64,000 nt of DNA from Amoebophrya sp. A120 (GCA_905178155.1 CAJINV010000001.1:3797706-3861705); one strand, 5' to 3'. Shown: positions 11,960-24,621, numbered from the stretch's first letter. Notes: a model not told the origin generated them from the letters alone. Program-made: numbers and translations.

Positions 11960-13618
11960 ATGGCAATGATCGTGAGGTTCCCAGGTGGACCACCACCATC
12001 AGCAGGGAGAGGTGCACGGTCTTCCAATCGCTTCGTGCTCGCAGTTTCGAGACGCGGCACGGTGAAGCTGTGTGACACAAGGGGTGATCATGGTTGTCTT
12101 GCGTCGCAAAAACGGGCTTTCGGGGGTGTAGACCGGGCGAAAATCCCGCGGCGGCACATCGAGCGCCGCACGGTGGAGGAGCTCCGAGCCGTGAATGAGG
12201 GCGCGCTCCCGAGAACCCAGCTGGAGGGCGGCCATCTCCAGACTGCAATCCCGCGGCGGCTCGCGACTGCGGCGGAGCGCAATGCGTACATCAAACTCTG
12301 TCCGCTGCCGCAGCCGGAGCTGGTGGAGTCAAATCTCGAAGATTGCGTTGTCCGGTCGACGGCAGCGAGAACCGTGACAGGCGCAACAGCTTTGACGCGA
12401 CGGGACGCGTGGTTCGCCGGCAACTTGCGGTTCGAGGGGATTCAGGCCAAAGTGCAGGATTTTAATACTTGCGACACAGCAGTTATTGCTGCCGGTGATG
12501 ATCTTCCAGTAGCATCTACTTCAAGCACAACTGCTGCTCTGGAAATAAAGAGTGTGGATAGAAAAACCACTGACGAAATAGAGAATGAGAGAAATCGTGA
12601 ACAAGAACACCACCTCCCGCCGATGAGATATGCCGCTGAGTGCCGAGAAGAAAAAGAATCAACTGACGTTCGGCGGCCGACCGCGGCTGAGATCTTGTAC
12701 TTTCAGTCGGGCGGGGACCCCGAAGCCCTCCTCGAGACGGACGAAGACCGGTCAACATCTCCTAACATCACTACAACTTCTACCTCCGGTCTCGAAAACG
12801 GAAACCAAAGTGCAGAAATTCTTTCAACACCGTCGACATCACCAGTTCTGCGCGAAAAGGACTCGCTGTTCGACCTGGGAAATAGCTGGAGAACGTGGCT
12901 GTACCCCACGCAACCGCACAACTTCACTTCGCTCCGGTCTGTCACGGAGCCCGGCATCACGCCTTTGGACCGCGCCGCCCGGGACGTGCCGTGGGAGTCC
13001 CGGTTCGAACTGGTGACGCGCCGCGTCCGGCCGAAGTACGCTGCCGAGGTCCGGGGGACGCCGCGGCGGGAGTTCCAGGAGGGGATGGTGGAGGGTGTTC
13101 GCGTCCGCCCGGTGTTCAACCCCTTCGTGGAGTTGACCAACGCCAAGCGCTACCGGCTGGACAACTGGCCGTCCCGGAATTGGGACAACTGGGACCCCAA
13201 CGAGAACGTCCGCGTACGGGGTGGGCGCCGGACCTACACGCTACCCAAGGACATCGGTCCGTCGAAGGACGAGCTCGGCGAGTGGCACCCCTGCCCGATC
13301 TCCGGGCGGTACAAGGGGGACATCCAGAAGCAGTACGCCTACTTCTCGCTGCCCTGGGTTTGGGCCCGGGACTTCTTCAACCCGCCGAAGCACATCCACG
13401 ACCGCGAGCCCAAGGGCCGGAAGTACTGGCGGTTCCGGGAGTTCCGGAAAATCAAAGTGGCGGAGGCGCTCCGCAAGATGCCGCAGCTCATCGAGGAATA
13501 CCGCCGCGAGAAGCGGGAGGCGAAACGCCTATCCTGGTTCGAAGATATGATGGTCAAGTTCTGCGGAAAAGCGTCCGCACACACCTTCATCAGGAAGAGA
13601 AAACGCCCGATGCATTGA
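11960..13618 (+). CDS. Putative mitochondrial ribosomal protein, mL59 (yeast MrpL25)-like C-terminal domain
   Basis: Arg-rich N-terminus (possible targeting peptide). C-terminal 'FNPF...GEWHPCPISGRYKGDIQKQY...VAEALRKMPQLIEEYR' resembles the mL59 pattern. The ORF is solid; the product call is from motif memory. Confidence 0.55.
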   Translation: MAMIVRFPGGPPPSAGRGARSSNRFVLAVSRRGTVKLCDTRGDHGCLASQKRAFGGVDRAKIPRRHIERRTVEELRAVNEGALPRTQLEGGHLQTAIPRRLATAAERNAYIKLCPLPQPELVESNLEDCVVRSTAARTVTGATALTRRDAWFAGNLRFEGIQAKVQDFNTCDTAVIAAGDDLPVASTSSTTAALEIKSVDRKTTDEIENERNREQEHHLPPMRYAAECREEKESTDVRRPTAAEILYFQSGGDPEALLETDEDRSTSPNITTTSTSGLENGNQSAEILSTPSTSPVLREKDSLFDLGNSWRTWLYPTQPHNFTSLRSVTEPGITPLDRAARDVPWESRFELVTRRVRPKYAAEVRGTPRREFQEGMVEGVRVRPVFNPFVELTNAKRYRLDNWPSRNWDNWDPNENVRVRGGRRTYTLPKDIGPSKDELGEWHPCPISGRYKGDIQKQYAYFSLPWVWARDFFNPPKHIHDREPKGRKYWRFREFRKIKVAEALRKMPQLIEEYRREKREAKRLSWFEDMMVKFCGKASAHTFIRKRKRPMH

Positions 13619-14485
13619 GTGCACTGATGAACTTGTTGTTCGAGGTTGGAAACCCCACCACATTTCTTTCGTTTTTAACAGTGGCACTAATTGTAATTGC
13701 TTATTACTTGTTGTGAATGTGATTCGAAGAGAATGAGAAACGTATCAGTGTGAAAATGGCATAGCATATAGGCGAAAGATTTCTTCAGATTTCAAAAAAG
13801 CTCAATTGCAATTTGACGTTGTTCCGCAAGAGGAAAATATCCCAATTTCCAACAAGTTTCGGTCACACAAATAGGATAGTAGATAGATTTTTCGGTAACA
13901 ACGAATCCAGCCGCGACCGTCTACATCGGTCGCTTCGTGGATAATTCCATATGTCGGTTGCTTTGGTATCGAGTATGAGCATAAGTCGCTTTGGGCAACT
14001 CCTGCAAGCGCGAACTGCCTCCTCGGTCATTTCGAGGCCGTTTGTGTTTCCTACAGCCACACCTAAAACGAATATCGGTTATTTTCGTTCGTTGTCGTTG
14101 TCGTCTTCCTCTTGCGTGTTGATGTCGCGCCGATTCTATTGTTAAATTGATGTCTCTTTCTTGAATATTTCCGTCACAAGGACCCCAAGCTCGGCTTTTA
14201 CACTATCGAACTCCGAATCTTATGATTTAGGAAGTTTAGACGAACAATTTTCGTGCTGCTTCGGATTACGTGGAGAGAATGCATGGCACTTTGAAGAAAA
14301 TTGACAAGAGATGAAGCGCTTGAAAATAGCGTATAACCATGATGAAGCTTCTGCTTCTCCATTCTAGCGAAAAATGTTCACGCTGTCCGCAACCACAACC
14401 CGTGCGAAAATGAAGATTGACTTTCCTTTGCATAAGCGTTACGAACAACGAGAGCAACTTTCTGCACTCGCCATCGATTCCGCGC

Positions 14486-15063
14486 ATGAAGCAGGCCGAC
14501 TTTTCGTCGGGCGATGGAAGCCGGGAGCTGTTGTCCAGCGCGATTTTCAGGGAATTCACAACCGACACCGACAACGTATGGCGTTCTCAAACGTTACATT
14601 CTCAACTGTTACATGATTTGTCATGCAAAATGACCATGACCCGCGCGCCAGACGATCAAGCTGCTGCGCATGACAAATTCTCGGAGGTCTAAACAGCACT
14701 ATAATCCGCACGAAACCTGTAATGCAAGACGCGCAAGGTTCTCCCTCTCACCTGTGCTAGTCTTGCATTACAAATTCATGTGGTTTCGGTTTTTTGCGTT
14801 TGTGGTTTCGGTCGGTTTAGCATTACAAATTCATGTAACAGTTGAGAATGTAACAGTTGAGAACGCCATACAACGAGGAGGACAACGTGGAGCAAGTAGT
14901 TTTCTCGAACGACCAAGAAAGACTGGATGCTCGGCGTAGTTGTTTCAGCGTTACCAGCTGTAGTACCTGCCGCGAAAACAAGTGTCAGAACGAGAAAAAA
15001 GATACAGATTCTGCACCGAAACAGAGAGTGCCCGCATTTGCTCCGGAGGAGGACCTCATATGA
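14486..15063 (+). CDS. Small hypothetical protein split by an introner (exons 14486..14576, 14876..15063)
   Basis: Excision gives an open frame ...TDTDN|EEDNVEQ... No homology recognised; start uncertain. Confidence 0.4.
14577..14870. mobile_element. Introner/MITE, family C
   Basis: About 40-bp TIR TATGGCGTTCTCAA..GTTACATTCTCAACTGTTACATGA. DR CAACG at 14572-14576 and 14871-14875. Confidence 0.92.
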
Positions 15064-15728
15064 AAGTAAGAAGAGGGTTGATGCACCGCTCATTTCATGA
15101 TCATACTCGCTGCATTGGCATCAGCAATCATCCTCACAGCATCCAAGAAAAAGAAATCTCATGTATTTCTTCGCAACTAAAAGCGACATGCAGTAGCTTC
15201 TGTACGCAACGTCGCCTCCACCGAATTATGTCCTGGCTGGCCCCCGCCTTTCAAGATGCCGGACGGTGTTCTTGTGCTGGACCGGGGATTTTACAACACG
15301 AGGCCCTCGTTTTGTCAATCGATGATCGTGGTCGTGGCTTTTGTGAAAATCTAAATTCCTGGAGGAGGTACGCTTGTCGGTTTTACAGCCGATTGTAGAT
15401 CCGGAAGGGTAAATGTTGAAGCAAGCACGGTTCCGGACGAGCTTTTTCGCCTCGCTGCATTGTTCCTTGCGACGAAGTTTATTGCGCATATTAACGAGTT
15501 TTATCGAACTACATTGTTCTTTGAGCGAAGTCAAGTTAGTGAAAAAGAAAGGCCTTCGCGCATTTGATTCGCTTCTAAACTCTCAGCTTTCATCTGTACA
15601 TGTACATAAGCACCAGGACAGCACCAAACAAAAAAGGATATTATCGCTACCGTAGTTCGTAGATTACATAGTACTCGAAATTTTTACAGGAGCATCGCAA
15701 CACGCAGAAAAAAAATAGATACATCAAG

Positions 15729-16745
15729 ATGCAGCTGTTCACAGACATGATCCGCGGGCAGCCGCTTCTGTGCGGGCAGCTCTGCGTTCTCTTCTGCCTC
15801 GTTGTGCTTCTCGACTGGGATAAATCGTTGGTCCCGCCCCGCGACACGCAGTTCTTCGAAAACGACGCCAAACTCGCGAACGAACTGAAAAGCGACACCG
15901 TGTCCAGCTACTTTGTGATCGCGTTCGCCTACTTTCTCTTCCTCCCGATCTTCGTCACGGTGCCGAATCTGAGCTCGCGCGGCTTTTCCCTCCGCTTCGT
16001 CGGCTCGTTTGATAAGAGCAGGAAAGACGAGCTTTGCCCTTCACTTCTTTACTACCTCTACGCGGTCCTGGCAACGCATTTCGTCACCTGCTGCGCGAAG
16101 ATCTACGTGGGCCGAAAAAGGCCGAACTTCTTTGCCGCCTGCGAGTACCATTTTGCGGCCAACGCGAAGAAGGCGCCCTTGTTTCCTGGGAGCAGTTTGG
16201 TCAAGGGGGAGGTGCAGTTCTGCAAAAAGGACCCGATAAGCGGAATGGTATACTTCTGAAAATGATGTAATAATTAGGTCTACTTCATCAAGAACGATTC
16301 GGGCTTCGTAATCGTAGACTGACGAAAGAGTTTGGAAGGCAGTGGCAGAAGTCTTTTGTTCTTGCCTGATCGATGATTTACACTACCTCAACAGCTGAGT
16401 TTCCCGTCCGGCCACGCTTCCCTTGCGTTCTCCAGTACCGTTTTCGTCGCGATGGAGCTCTCTGGTAGGATATTTACGCAAGCGGCGCTTCTACTCTTTG
16501 CGGTGTTTGTCGCCTGCAGCAGAGTGGTGGACAACAAGCACCACCCCGAGGACATAATTGCGGGCGCTGCGCTCGGAACCGCGGTCAGCGCAATGGTTCA
16601 TACGCGGATGATTCGCACGTACTTTGACAGGGAGAGTCCCGATGGCGAAAAGAGCAGCGTGGTGAATGGGGCGTATAATTCGTCACCAGTAGCACAAGAT
16701 AGACAAATGAGCGGAATGACAGGCAGGGAAAACAGGGCAGAATGA
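15729..16745 (+). CDS. PAP2-family lipid phosphate phosphatase (exons 15729..16247, 16395..16745)
   Basis: All three PAP2 motifs: KIYVGRKRP, SFPSGH, SRVVDNKHHPED. Hydrophobic segments. GT-AG intron. Confidence 0.9.
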
Positions 16746-17277
16746 AAGTAGTGAACACTTACACGAAGAACAAATTTAAATAGATACAAGTCGTATTTCT
16801 TGCCAAGGGTACATCTACATTCATAAGGCTGATCATTCACGATTTGAAAACCAATTTTAAAACCACGACTGCGACGTGGTTGCGAATCAGAAGTCCTAAT
16901 GTTCAGTGAGTCTTGGCGTTTTGCATGGAATGGGAGATTTACTTAGATTTCTATATTGAGACCGCAGTTTTTCGCTCGTGCCAAGACCTATGAATGAGGC
17001 GGCCCCACAAAAAAAGTAGACGATCTCGGGTTTCTGGTATCTGCGGATCTACTGTGCTCGACTCCTATATCGAACGTGGCCAGGTGGAAGCTGTCGACGA
17101 TCCTGATCCATCGCCAAAAGTCAAAGTTTTCAGATCTGATGTAATGTGATAGATACGTATGGCACTGGCAGGGTGAGGGTCGCGAAGGCCCACTCCAGAG
17201 ATTCATCTTTGACGCAGAAGCTCACTTTCATCACTTGATTTCGATTTCGATCCTTTTTTTATTTTTCATGATTGTTG

Positions 17278-19053
17278 ATGAGGCGAGGTGTCCGCATTCC
17301 TGCAGGCGGGATGGCTGCAACCGATAGCGCAGACATTCGACTTGACGTGCATCCGCAGTGCTCGGGCGAATCGAACGGCGGTAAGAATAAGCTTAAGCCT
17401 GGTGTTTTGGGTGTGCCGGCCGACTACAGCATGGGGAACAATACTTCGTCCGCGGCCTCGCAACAGCACATCACGTGGACAGAGGTACAAACCCGCAGCC
17501 CAGAAGATGCTTTCGAACAAGCGGGTCAGCATGCGGCCGCTAAAAAAAGAGCACGAGATGAACAAGTTTATGATCTCGATCCCGTGGAGCGGAAGAAGCG
17601 TGAGGCAATCAAGGCTAGTGAGGAGCGCAGCTGGTACCGGTTGACAAATGTGGGCGTGGTCGCGTTCTCCCTGGGCTGCTGTGTCGCCTTTACGGGAACG
17701 GTGGTCGCCTACGGACGGGCGGACTGGATTCGCGATCGAAAGCCCGTGACCACCGCAGATAACCCACGGTTGGGCGACCCGTTCCATCCGGACACGGTTC
17801 CCACGCCGGCGCTGTTCGTCATCGCAGCGGTCGTGTCGCTCCTCCTGTTTTTCACAAACCGGAGTCAGAGCGCGGTATTTTTGTTAATTCTTGACAAGTA
17901 CGTAGTAGTAGTTGCTAGACGTTGACGTAAAAAGGAAAAGGTAAGTGCTTGAGGTAGAGGGTTCGTTGATGGCCGTTGAACTGTGTTCAACGGGTTTGCA
18001 GAGACATAAAAAATAAAAATTTTGAAACTTCGCGGATTTGAAAATTTTTTGTCGTTTTTCCCGTGGTTTTGCTAGCTTTTTTGCGCGTCCCCCACCGTCT
18101 GCTGTATACACTCGAAAGTAAAGGACCTTCTCTTTCGAGTTTATGCAACGAACAGACGTCGGCGACCATGGACTTTTTCGTGTCCGGTGGACACGATAAA
18201 AATAAAGTTTTGAAATTTCGCGGATTTGAAAACTTTTTGTCGTTTTTCCCGTGGTTGTGCTAGTTTTTTTGCGCGTCCCCGACCTTCTGCTGCATAAACT
18301 CGAAAGTAAAGGACCTTCTCTTTCGAGTTTATGCAACAGAAGTCGGCGACCACGGACTTTTTCGTGTCCGGGGGACACGATAAAAGTAAAATTTTGAAAT
18401 TTCGCGGATTGAGCAGTAAAAGTTGGGACTTTACTTCGTCCGTGGTGAGCTACCTTTCAAATGGTGAATTTGTTTCGAGTACATTTTTGTAGAAAAACAT
18501 CAATCTTCTTCAGGTTCTCTGTCCTGCATTACCTCGGTGGGTGGTCGCTGCCTATTTCTGGGGCGTGGTTCTTTTAGCAGAGACGTTCCATTTCATCTTC
18601 AAGCTCTACGTCGCGCGCCCGCGGCCCTGCTTCTACGATCTGTGCGGGTACGACGAATCGAAACAGTGCACCTCTGACCTGCGTAAGATTCGTGTGGCGT
18701 ACACCAGCTTTCCGTCAGGGCACGCTACGTCGATTGCCGCGATTTTCGCTTTTCTGATCCAGGATTCCGACAGCGGCGCGGTGGTTGGCCTCAGCTTTCT
18801 CTTCGGCCTCTGGGTGATTCTATCCAGGATAACCGACAACCGCCACGACCCGGCAGACGTTCTGACGGGCTGCGGGCTCGGGGGTGGGAGCGCCTTCGTC
18901 GGCTACCGGCATTTGCTCCAGCTGTACCACCGCGACAGAAGAGCAGCGTGGTGTGAAGCGGAGGCAGGAGGAGCTGTGGGAAGGGAAAAGATAGCCGGCC
19001 AGCTGCCATCAAGTTCAAGTCGTGCTGCGGAGATTGAACTGCAAGCTTTGTGA
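17278..19053 (+). CDS. Second PAP2-family phosphatase (exons 17278..17874, 18514..19053)
   Basis: KLYVARPRP, SFPSGH, SRITDNRHDPAD. GT-AG intron 17875..18513 in phase 0. Confidence 0.88.
18006..18410. repeat. Intronic tandem repeat, ~185-bp unit x2.2
   Basis: Units start at ~18006, 18194, 18378. Internal hairpins CTCGAAAG...CTTTCGAG and CGTGTCC-GGT-GGACACG. Confidence 0.9.
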
Positions 19054-19186
19054 ACAATCACGATGCTGCTTGAATTTGGACTGACTAGTGAACCACATTG
19101 CATTTGATGTCGTTCATCTTTTATGCTTGTGCTCTACTCCAACTCGTTTATTGTGATTCATCATTTGTTGATCTTGCACTTGCTCT

Positions 19187-19846
19187 TCTGCGGGAAGAGC
19201 AGCCTCTGGGAGCGAAGCCGGATAGTCTGGGGGATGCTCTTTTCGGTCTTGTTCGCAGCGGAATTCGCTAATTAGGTTTGCAGTAGACAAAATCGCTGCG
19301 ATAAAAATAAAATTTTGAAATTTCGCGGATTTCAGATTTTTCCCGAAAACCATCTTGGCCCATTTTTTCTGCGGGATGGGCATGCTCCGGGGGCAAGGCC
19401 CGACAGTCTTGGGCATGATCTTTTCGGTCTTCGCAGCAGAATTCACTGGCGAGGTTTTCAGTAGGTGAAAATCGTCGCGATAAAAATAAAATTTTAGAAT
19501 TTCGCGGATTTTGGATTTTTTGTGAAAACCTTCTTGGTCCTTTTTTCTGCGGGAAGAGCATGCTCCGGGGGCAAGACCCGACAGTCTTTGGGATGATCTT
19601 TTCGCTCTTCGCAGCAGAATTCACTGGCAAGGTTTTCAGAAGGTGAAAATCATCGCGATAAAAATAAAGCTTTGGAATTTCGCGGATTGCGGATTTTTTC
19701 CGAAAACCTTCTTTATCTATTTTGCCTATTTTTTCTGCGGGAAGAGCATGCTCCGGGGGCAAAGCCCGACAGTCTTGGGGATGCTCCTTTCGGTCTTCAC
19801 AGCAGAATCCGCTAGCTAGGTTTTCAGTAGGTGAAAATCGTCGTGA
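19187..19846. repeat. Intergenic tandem repeat, ~179-bp unit x3.5
   Basis: Conserved box recurs at 19299, 19478, 19656. Unit includes GAGCATGCTCCGGGGGCAA...CCCGACAGTCTT. Confidence 0.9.
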
Positions 19847-20249
19847 TCTGGTAACCGAATGCGTGCGCGCGTGCGGTTGAGAGCGGTCGAAGCAAGAGAG
19901 CACGAGAGAGATGGGAGCTTTGTTTCGAGCGGTGGAAGCAAAGAGTTAGATTCATCGAGCGGTGCCCCGATCCGTTGAGAGCGCAGATAAATCGCAATCA
20001 AATCGGCGTCGCTCTACTTTCTCATGTCGTCGTTATCGTCTCTCTCACTCTATGAACAGTCTCGGGCTCGGCGAAAAGTGCCGGGCGTGCAGTTGAAGTT
20101 CTAACTTCGATCGAACTCTCGCAAGAATATCAATATCTATGGCAACCAAGAAAAAACTTTCCATAGCTATAGTGTCTGATGCCTAGCTAGACAGAGCAAT
20201 GACACAAGGGCTCCTGCACTTACCGTGATCACCAGGAACTGATTACGCC

Positions 20250-22088
20250 ATGACGCCATCGCGACCGAGAGGACGAGGAGCTCCTGCGCTGCTCGGCGTC
20301 TGGGCGGCTGCAAATGCGTTTTTCGTGTTTGCGTTTGAGTCGGCATCTACTTCGTTGAACACTACTTCTACCTCGACGAGCACCATGGAACCGGTGTCCG
20401 TGACGCTGGAGCGCATGTTGAGCGACTTGCGGACCGAGTGTCTCCTCACGGCGGACCGCCTGGTGGAGCTGGCGCACCACAAGCACCTGTACCGGGCGCG
20501 GCAGATCGAGCTGGCGACTAGCTCCGCGAAGAAGCAGTGCGACCACACCTTCGACGAAGCGGTGGCGGGGGAGGCCGAAGAGGCCTGCTTGGACCGGCTG
20601 AAATCCTTCCTTCGGACGGCGCAAGAGGAGGACACGCTGCTCGTGGCGCAGGCGGCCAAGGCGGTCCGGTCCTACCGAAGCACCGCTGGTGCAACCACAG
20701 CAGCTGCCTCGTTTCTGGAGGAGGACGGGAGTACGAGCTTCGAGTTTCTGGACAAGCAACCGCAGCAAGAACATGATCTTCACGGGGAAGATAAACCCCA
20801 CAGCAGCACACCAAGATCAACATCGCACCAGCCGTCGAGTCTTTCTCAGCTGGAAAGCAGACGGAGCGCAATGAAGAAGCAGGTCGAGAACGCACGGGCG
20901 AAGGAGCGTGCGCTTCTCATGAGGCAGGAAAAACAAGTGTCGAGAAGATCCTCTTCACAGCAGCATCAAGAAGATCATAATCCCGACAGCGGCAGGACAC
21001 TCGCGTTTGCAGAAGGTGAGGCACGACCAGTGCTGGCTACGCACGGTGTTGCCGACGAGGTGGACCAAATAACAAGACTGTTGGACGACGACAGTTTGTT
21101 GAAAGAAGACGACCCGCTTGCAGCTGCAAAGTTTGCTTCTGCTTTGCAGAAAACAACGAGTCATGGCAGAGAAGATGCGTCAACAGGTGGTCGCTCCCTG
21201 ACCACGATACAGCAGCAATTGAAGGCCGCTCGGGACCAGCGACTGGCGGCCGAAGGGCAGGCGAAGGAGCACGAGATCGAGGTGCAGTTCCACCAGCGGC
21301 TGAGCTTGCTCGAGAAAAAAGAAGCCTCTACTTCGGTCACTACCGCTGCACCCAGCACGACCTCTCACACGAACACGACGGAGGCCATAATACGGATGGA
21401 GTCCGTGATTCAAATCTTGGACCGTATGGCAACGGTATCACTACATTCATTGACAGTTTTGCGATTTGTGTATTTTCAACCGGCGTCTACTTTCGGCAGG
21501 AGATGCAAGCATGAGCACCTAATCAAGGAAACTCTTTTCAGTCGTGCTTGTGGTATCTTTGTTCAACCCGATAATTTTGATCTGCAATCGCATTTCGTTT
21601 TCATAATTTCCAAACAGCAAATTGTCGACGAAATGCAAGCCGTCGCCGAGATCCGCGCGACGTCTTTCGCACAAACGGGGGAACATCAACACCTGGACCA
21701 CACGACCCACAAGCTGGTCCGACACGAGGTAAAAGCCGCAGACTTTCCATTGCCCAGCAAGAAACCGCCACGGGCACTTGCGGCTGGCATCGGGGCGCCC
21801 GACATCGCACCAGGAAGTGGGGACGAAGTCTACGGGGATGATAGTGCTACCACGGACGGCACGAACAGCGAATCCGACTTCTCAACCACATTTTTGTCCA
21901 GCTACACGTTCGTTTCCTGGCTGCGGGATCTGTTCTCCTTTTCCGCGATTTTTAGCAGTGGTTCAACAACTACATCCGGTGGCGATTACAAAACGGCCAG
22001 TCCGCTTACTCCAATTTTGGTTTTCGGGATTTCCTTTGCCTTGATGCTGATGATTCTGGCCTGCAACACTCTGTGGCGCTGGAAGTAA
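20250..22088 (+). CDS. Hypothetical secreted/type I membrane protein; probable in-frame intron 21435..21617
   Basis: N-terminal hydrophobic signal-like stretch and C-terminal TM (ILVFGISFALMLMILAC). An AT-rich 183-nt GT...AG segment lies inside the ORF. Confidence 0.7.
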   Translation: MTPSRPRGRGAPALLGVWAAANAFFVFAFESASTSLNTTSTSTSTMEPVSVTLERMLSDLRTECLLTADRLVELAHHKHLYRARQIELATSSAKKQCDHTFDEAVAGEAEEACLDRLKSFLRTAQEEDTLLVAQAAKAVRSYRSTAGATTAAASFLEEDGSTSFEFLDKQPQQEHDLHGEDKPHSSTPRSTSHQPSSLSQLESRRSAMKKQVENARAKERALLMRQEKQVSRRSSSQQHQEDHNPDSGRTLAFAEGEARPVLATHGVADEVDQITRLLDDDSLLKEDDPLAAAKFASALQKTTSHGREDASTGGRSLTTIQQQLKAARDQRLAAEGQAKEHEIEVQFHQRLSLLEKKEASTSVTTAAPSTTSHTNTTEAIIRMESVIQILDRMATVSLHSLTVLRFVYFQPASTFGRRCKHEHLIKETLFSRACGIFVQPDNFDLQSHFVFIISKQQIVDEMQAVAEIRATSFAQTGEHQHLDHTTHKLVRHEVKAADFPLPSKKPPRALAAGIGAPDIAPGSGDEVYGDDSATTDGTNSESDFSTTFLSSYTFVSWLRDLFSFSAIFSSGSTTTSGGDYKTASPLTPILVFGISFALMLMILACNTLWRWK

Positions 22089-22962
22089 AGCGTGACATGT
22101 GACATGCAATTATGGAAGCAGATGAAATCGACGTCAAGAAAAAGAATGTATGAGAATGTCAAAAACATCAAGGTCTAAAGGACGAAGAATTTGAACAAGA
22201 ATACAGATGACTGATGCCGCGATTCGTACTGGTATATTAGTACTGGCACCGACTGATGAGTTTTGTGAGCTTGCGTGCTGCTGCTGCTGCTGTCTGCAGT
22301 ATCGTTTCACTGCTAAAGAAAGACAAATGCCTAGTGAAAAGCGACGAGTCGCCGTTCTTTCGTGCAAGATTTTTTGTTGCGCCAATTCTGCTTCGTCGTA
22401 CGTATGCGTCTCTGCGTTGTTCTTCACAAACTCGGTTATACTCGTGCACTTTGCAAATGTCGTGACGTTTCATTGATTGCCGTGCTGTTTCTAAAGAACA
22501 ATCTTGAAGAATCTTGTTGCATGGATGGCGTAATAAAGCCGTTTCGATGGAAAACAAAATAAGTAGAACAATTTCGTTGAATCTCTAGATCTAGTACTAG
22601 TTCATTATTTTCATCACAATTCGAACAGGAAAGCGAAAAAAGTATTTGCTAGTGCCATCGAAAATACCTTTCCCTCCTCGTCCACAAGTACGAAGGGCAA
22701 TAGATTATTTTTCCTTGATACTTTTACTTTTGGTTTTCTATTTTCATTTTTCCGCTGAAAATTATCTTCGTGTAGTTGCGTAGTGTCAATAACATTCTCT
22801 CCGCCTCTGTGTTTGCTTGCGGTGTGTTTATCTGTATCCGTACTCTTTCCTGAGATTTTACACCTCAAAAGAACATACTCCTAAGTAAGCGCAATTTTTC
22901 AACCCCCATTTCTCCTCATCGATTGAGAGCCCTCTCCCCTTGAATAAAGCCAACCGAAAGCC

Positions 22963-24621
22963 ATGTTTTTGAATGTCAACGCCGTCCGGAGGGCAGGAGC
23001 AGGTCTGGAAGAAGATTTAGATGCCTTGCTGCCTCCTGGAGGCGAACAAGGGAATCTGAATCGAGAGAACAATAATCCGAACGATAATGTCATCAATTTG
23101 TGGCCTGGCGGGAGAGGAGGCCCGGCGGCGATGTTAAATGCAGATAACCATAATCTGCAAATGAACGCTAACCCAAATAACAACGCGAACCCGCCACGGC
23201 AACAGCAGCAACTACAGCAAAACCAGGCAGCCGCGGATGTCATGGCCCAGCCACGGGACCCGCCGTCCCCTATTGTGCGGCGGACGACCCGGGGAGAAAA
23301 CACCGGGGAGCCGACCGGGCAGGCAGTCTGGGAAATCCTAAACCAGCTCTACGACGAGGAGAGGCGGAAAGTCGAGGGCAAAGCGCATCGCAGGTTCCAC
23401 AAGTACTGCGTCAACGCCTGGGAGTTCGCCGTGCGGAAATCTATTTCGGTGAAAATGGCATCGTCCTCTTTGCTCTCGAGCAACCAAAAGAGTAGAGCGA
23501 GAGCTGCGAGTCTTAGCGGTCGGACATCAAGCATGATTTCCTCAACATCTACTTTAAGCTCGAGCACAACTGTAGTTCTCACGGGTGCCGGAACTGGAGC
23601 GGCGCCAACGCCTTTGGTCGAACCTCCACACGACCAGATGAACAATAACGCAGCCCGTCCCGGCGCAAATAATAGCACAGCAAATCCACGTGGTGTTGAC
23701 GCGACAGCATCAGTAACCAGTGTAACTGCAGAACCCGCCCCGGTATCCATGATGTGGAACGTCCAGCGGCTGGATGTCGGGGTGAAAGAGAACATTGTTT
23801 CCTTCATGCAGATATGCATTGCAAAAGTATCGTACTCGTATAAATGCAAGTCTTGCATTACAAATCTTGTCTCCAAGGCAAATCTGCATGCAGATTTTAT
23901 TTCTCATGCTGGGGAAATTTGTAATGCATTTGTACGAGTGCGATGCTTTTGCAGTGCATAGCAGACCGAAGCGGAGCAGCCGCCCTTTTTCAACGCGCGA
24001 ATGGCCGGCGATTTGACCGCCGACCTGCGCCGCCCGCACCAAACGCAGCAGCTCAAAATGATTCTGGATAAGGTAAGTACATTCTTTTTTTGCTGTGTGT
24101 TGGTACTTTAGGCTGCATGTCTCGTTTCCAAAGAAAAAGGTGCACTCCCTCGTACTACCGTCGTGTTAAACATGAAGTAGATGTTGAAGAATGAATTTGA
24201 GTGTAGAGATGCGACGTGCCGCTTCTCACATACTAAGTCTGCACGGTTCGATGTTTCGCTGCACATATAAGAACTCAAACACCATCAATCGCATATTATG
24301 CAGATTCGCGAGTCCGCCCGCACGGGGCACCAGCACGTGGAGCTGAAGCCGGATTTCTGGGCCCGGGAGGCCTGCCGCGGAACCGGGTGGTGCTACCCTT
24401 TTCCGGTGACGGAGCTGGAAACTTTAGGTTTCGCGGTAGAGGAGCAGAAGCAGGAGCCCGCCGGCGGCGCGAAGGGCGTGCAGCAGCAGCGTCACGACTG
24501 GAAAACGCGTACGTGGAAGTGCAGCTGGACGCCGGCGCCGGTCAACGTTTTGCAAGCGGGGGCGGGCGGCCCCGTGATTGGCCACCAAGTGGACCAGAAC
24601 GCAGCGAGACGGCAGCTCTGA
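22963..24621 (+). CDS. Hypothetical protein with F-box-like motif (family member 2); exons 22963..23812, 23966..24072, 24304..24621
   Basis: One introner and one GTAAGT...CAG intron give ...QRLDVGVKENIVSFMQ|TEAEQPPFFN...ILDK|IRESARTG. Confidence 0.75.
23813..23960. mobile_element. Introner/MITE, family B
   Basis: TIR TATGCATTGCAAAAGTATCGTACTCGTA (imperfect). DR GCAGA. Confidence 0.92.

Noticed and set aside
18006-19690. CRISPR-like array (33-bp repeat with spacers)
   Set aside because: Spacers are ~150 bp and duplicate each other. No cas genes, and the context is eukaryotic.
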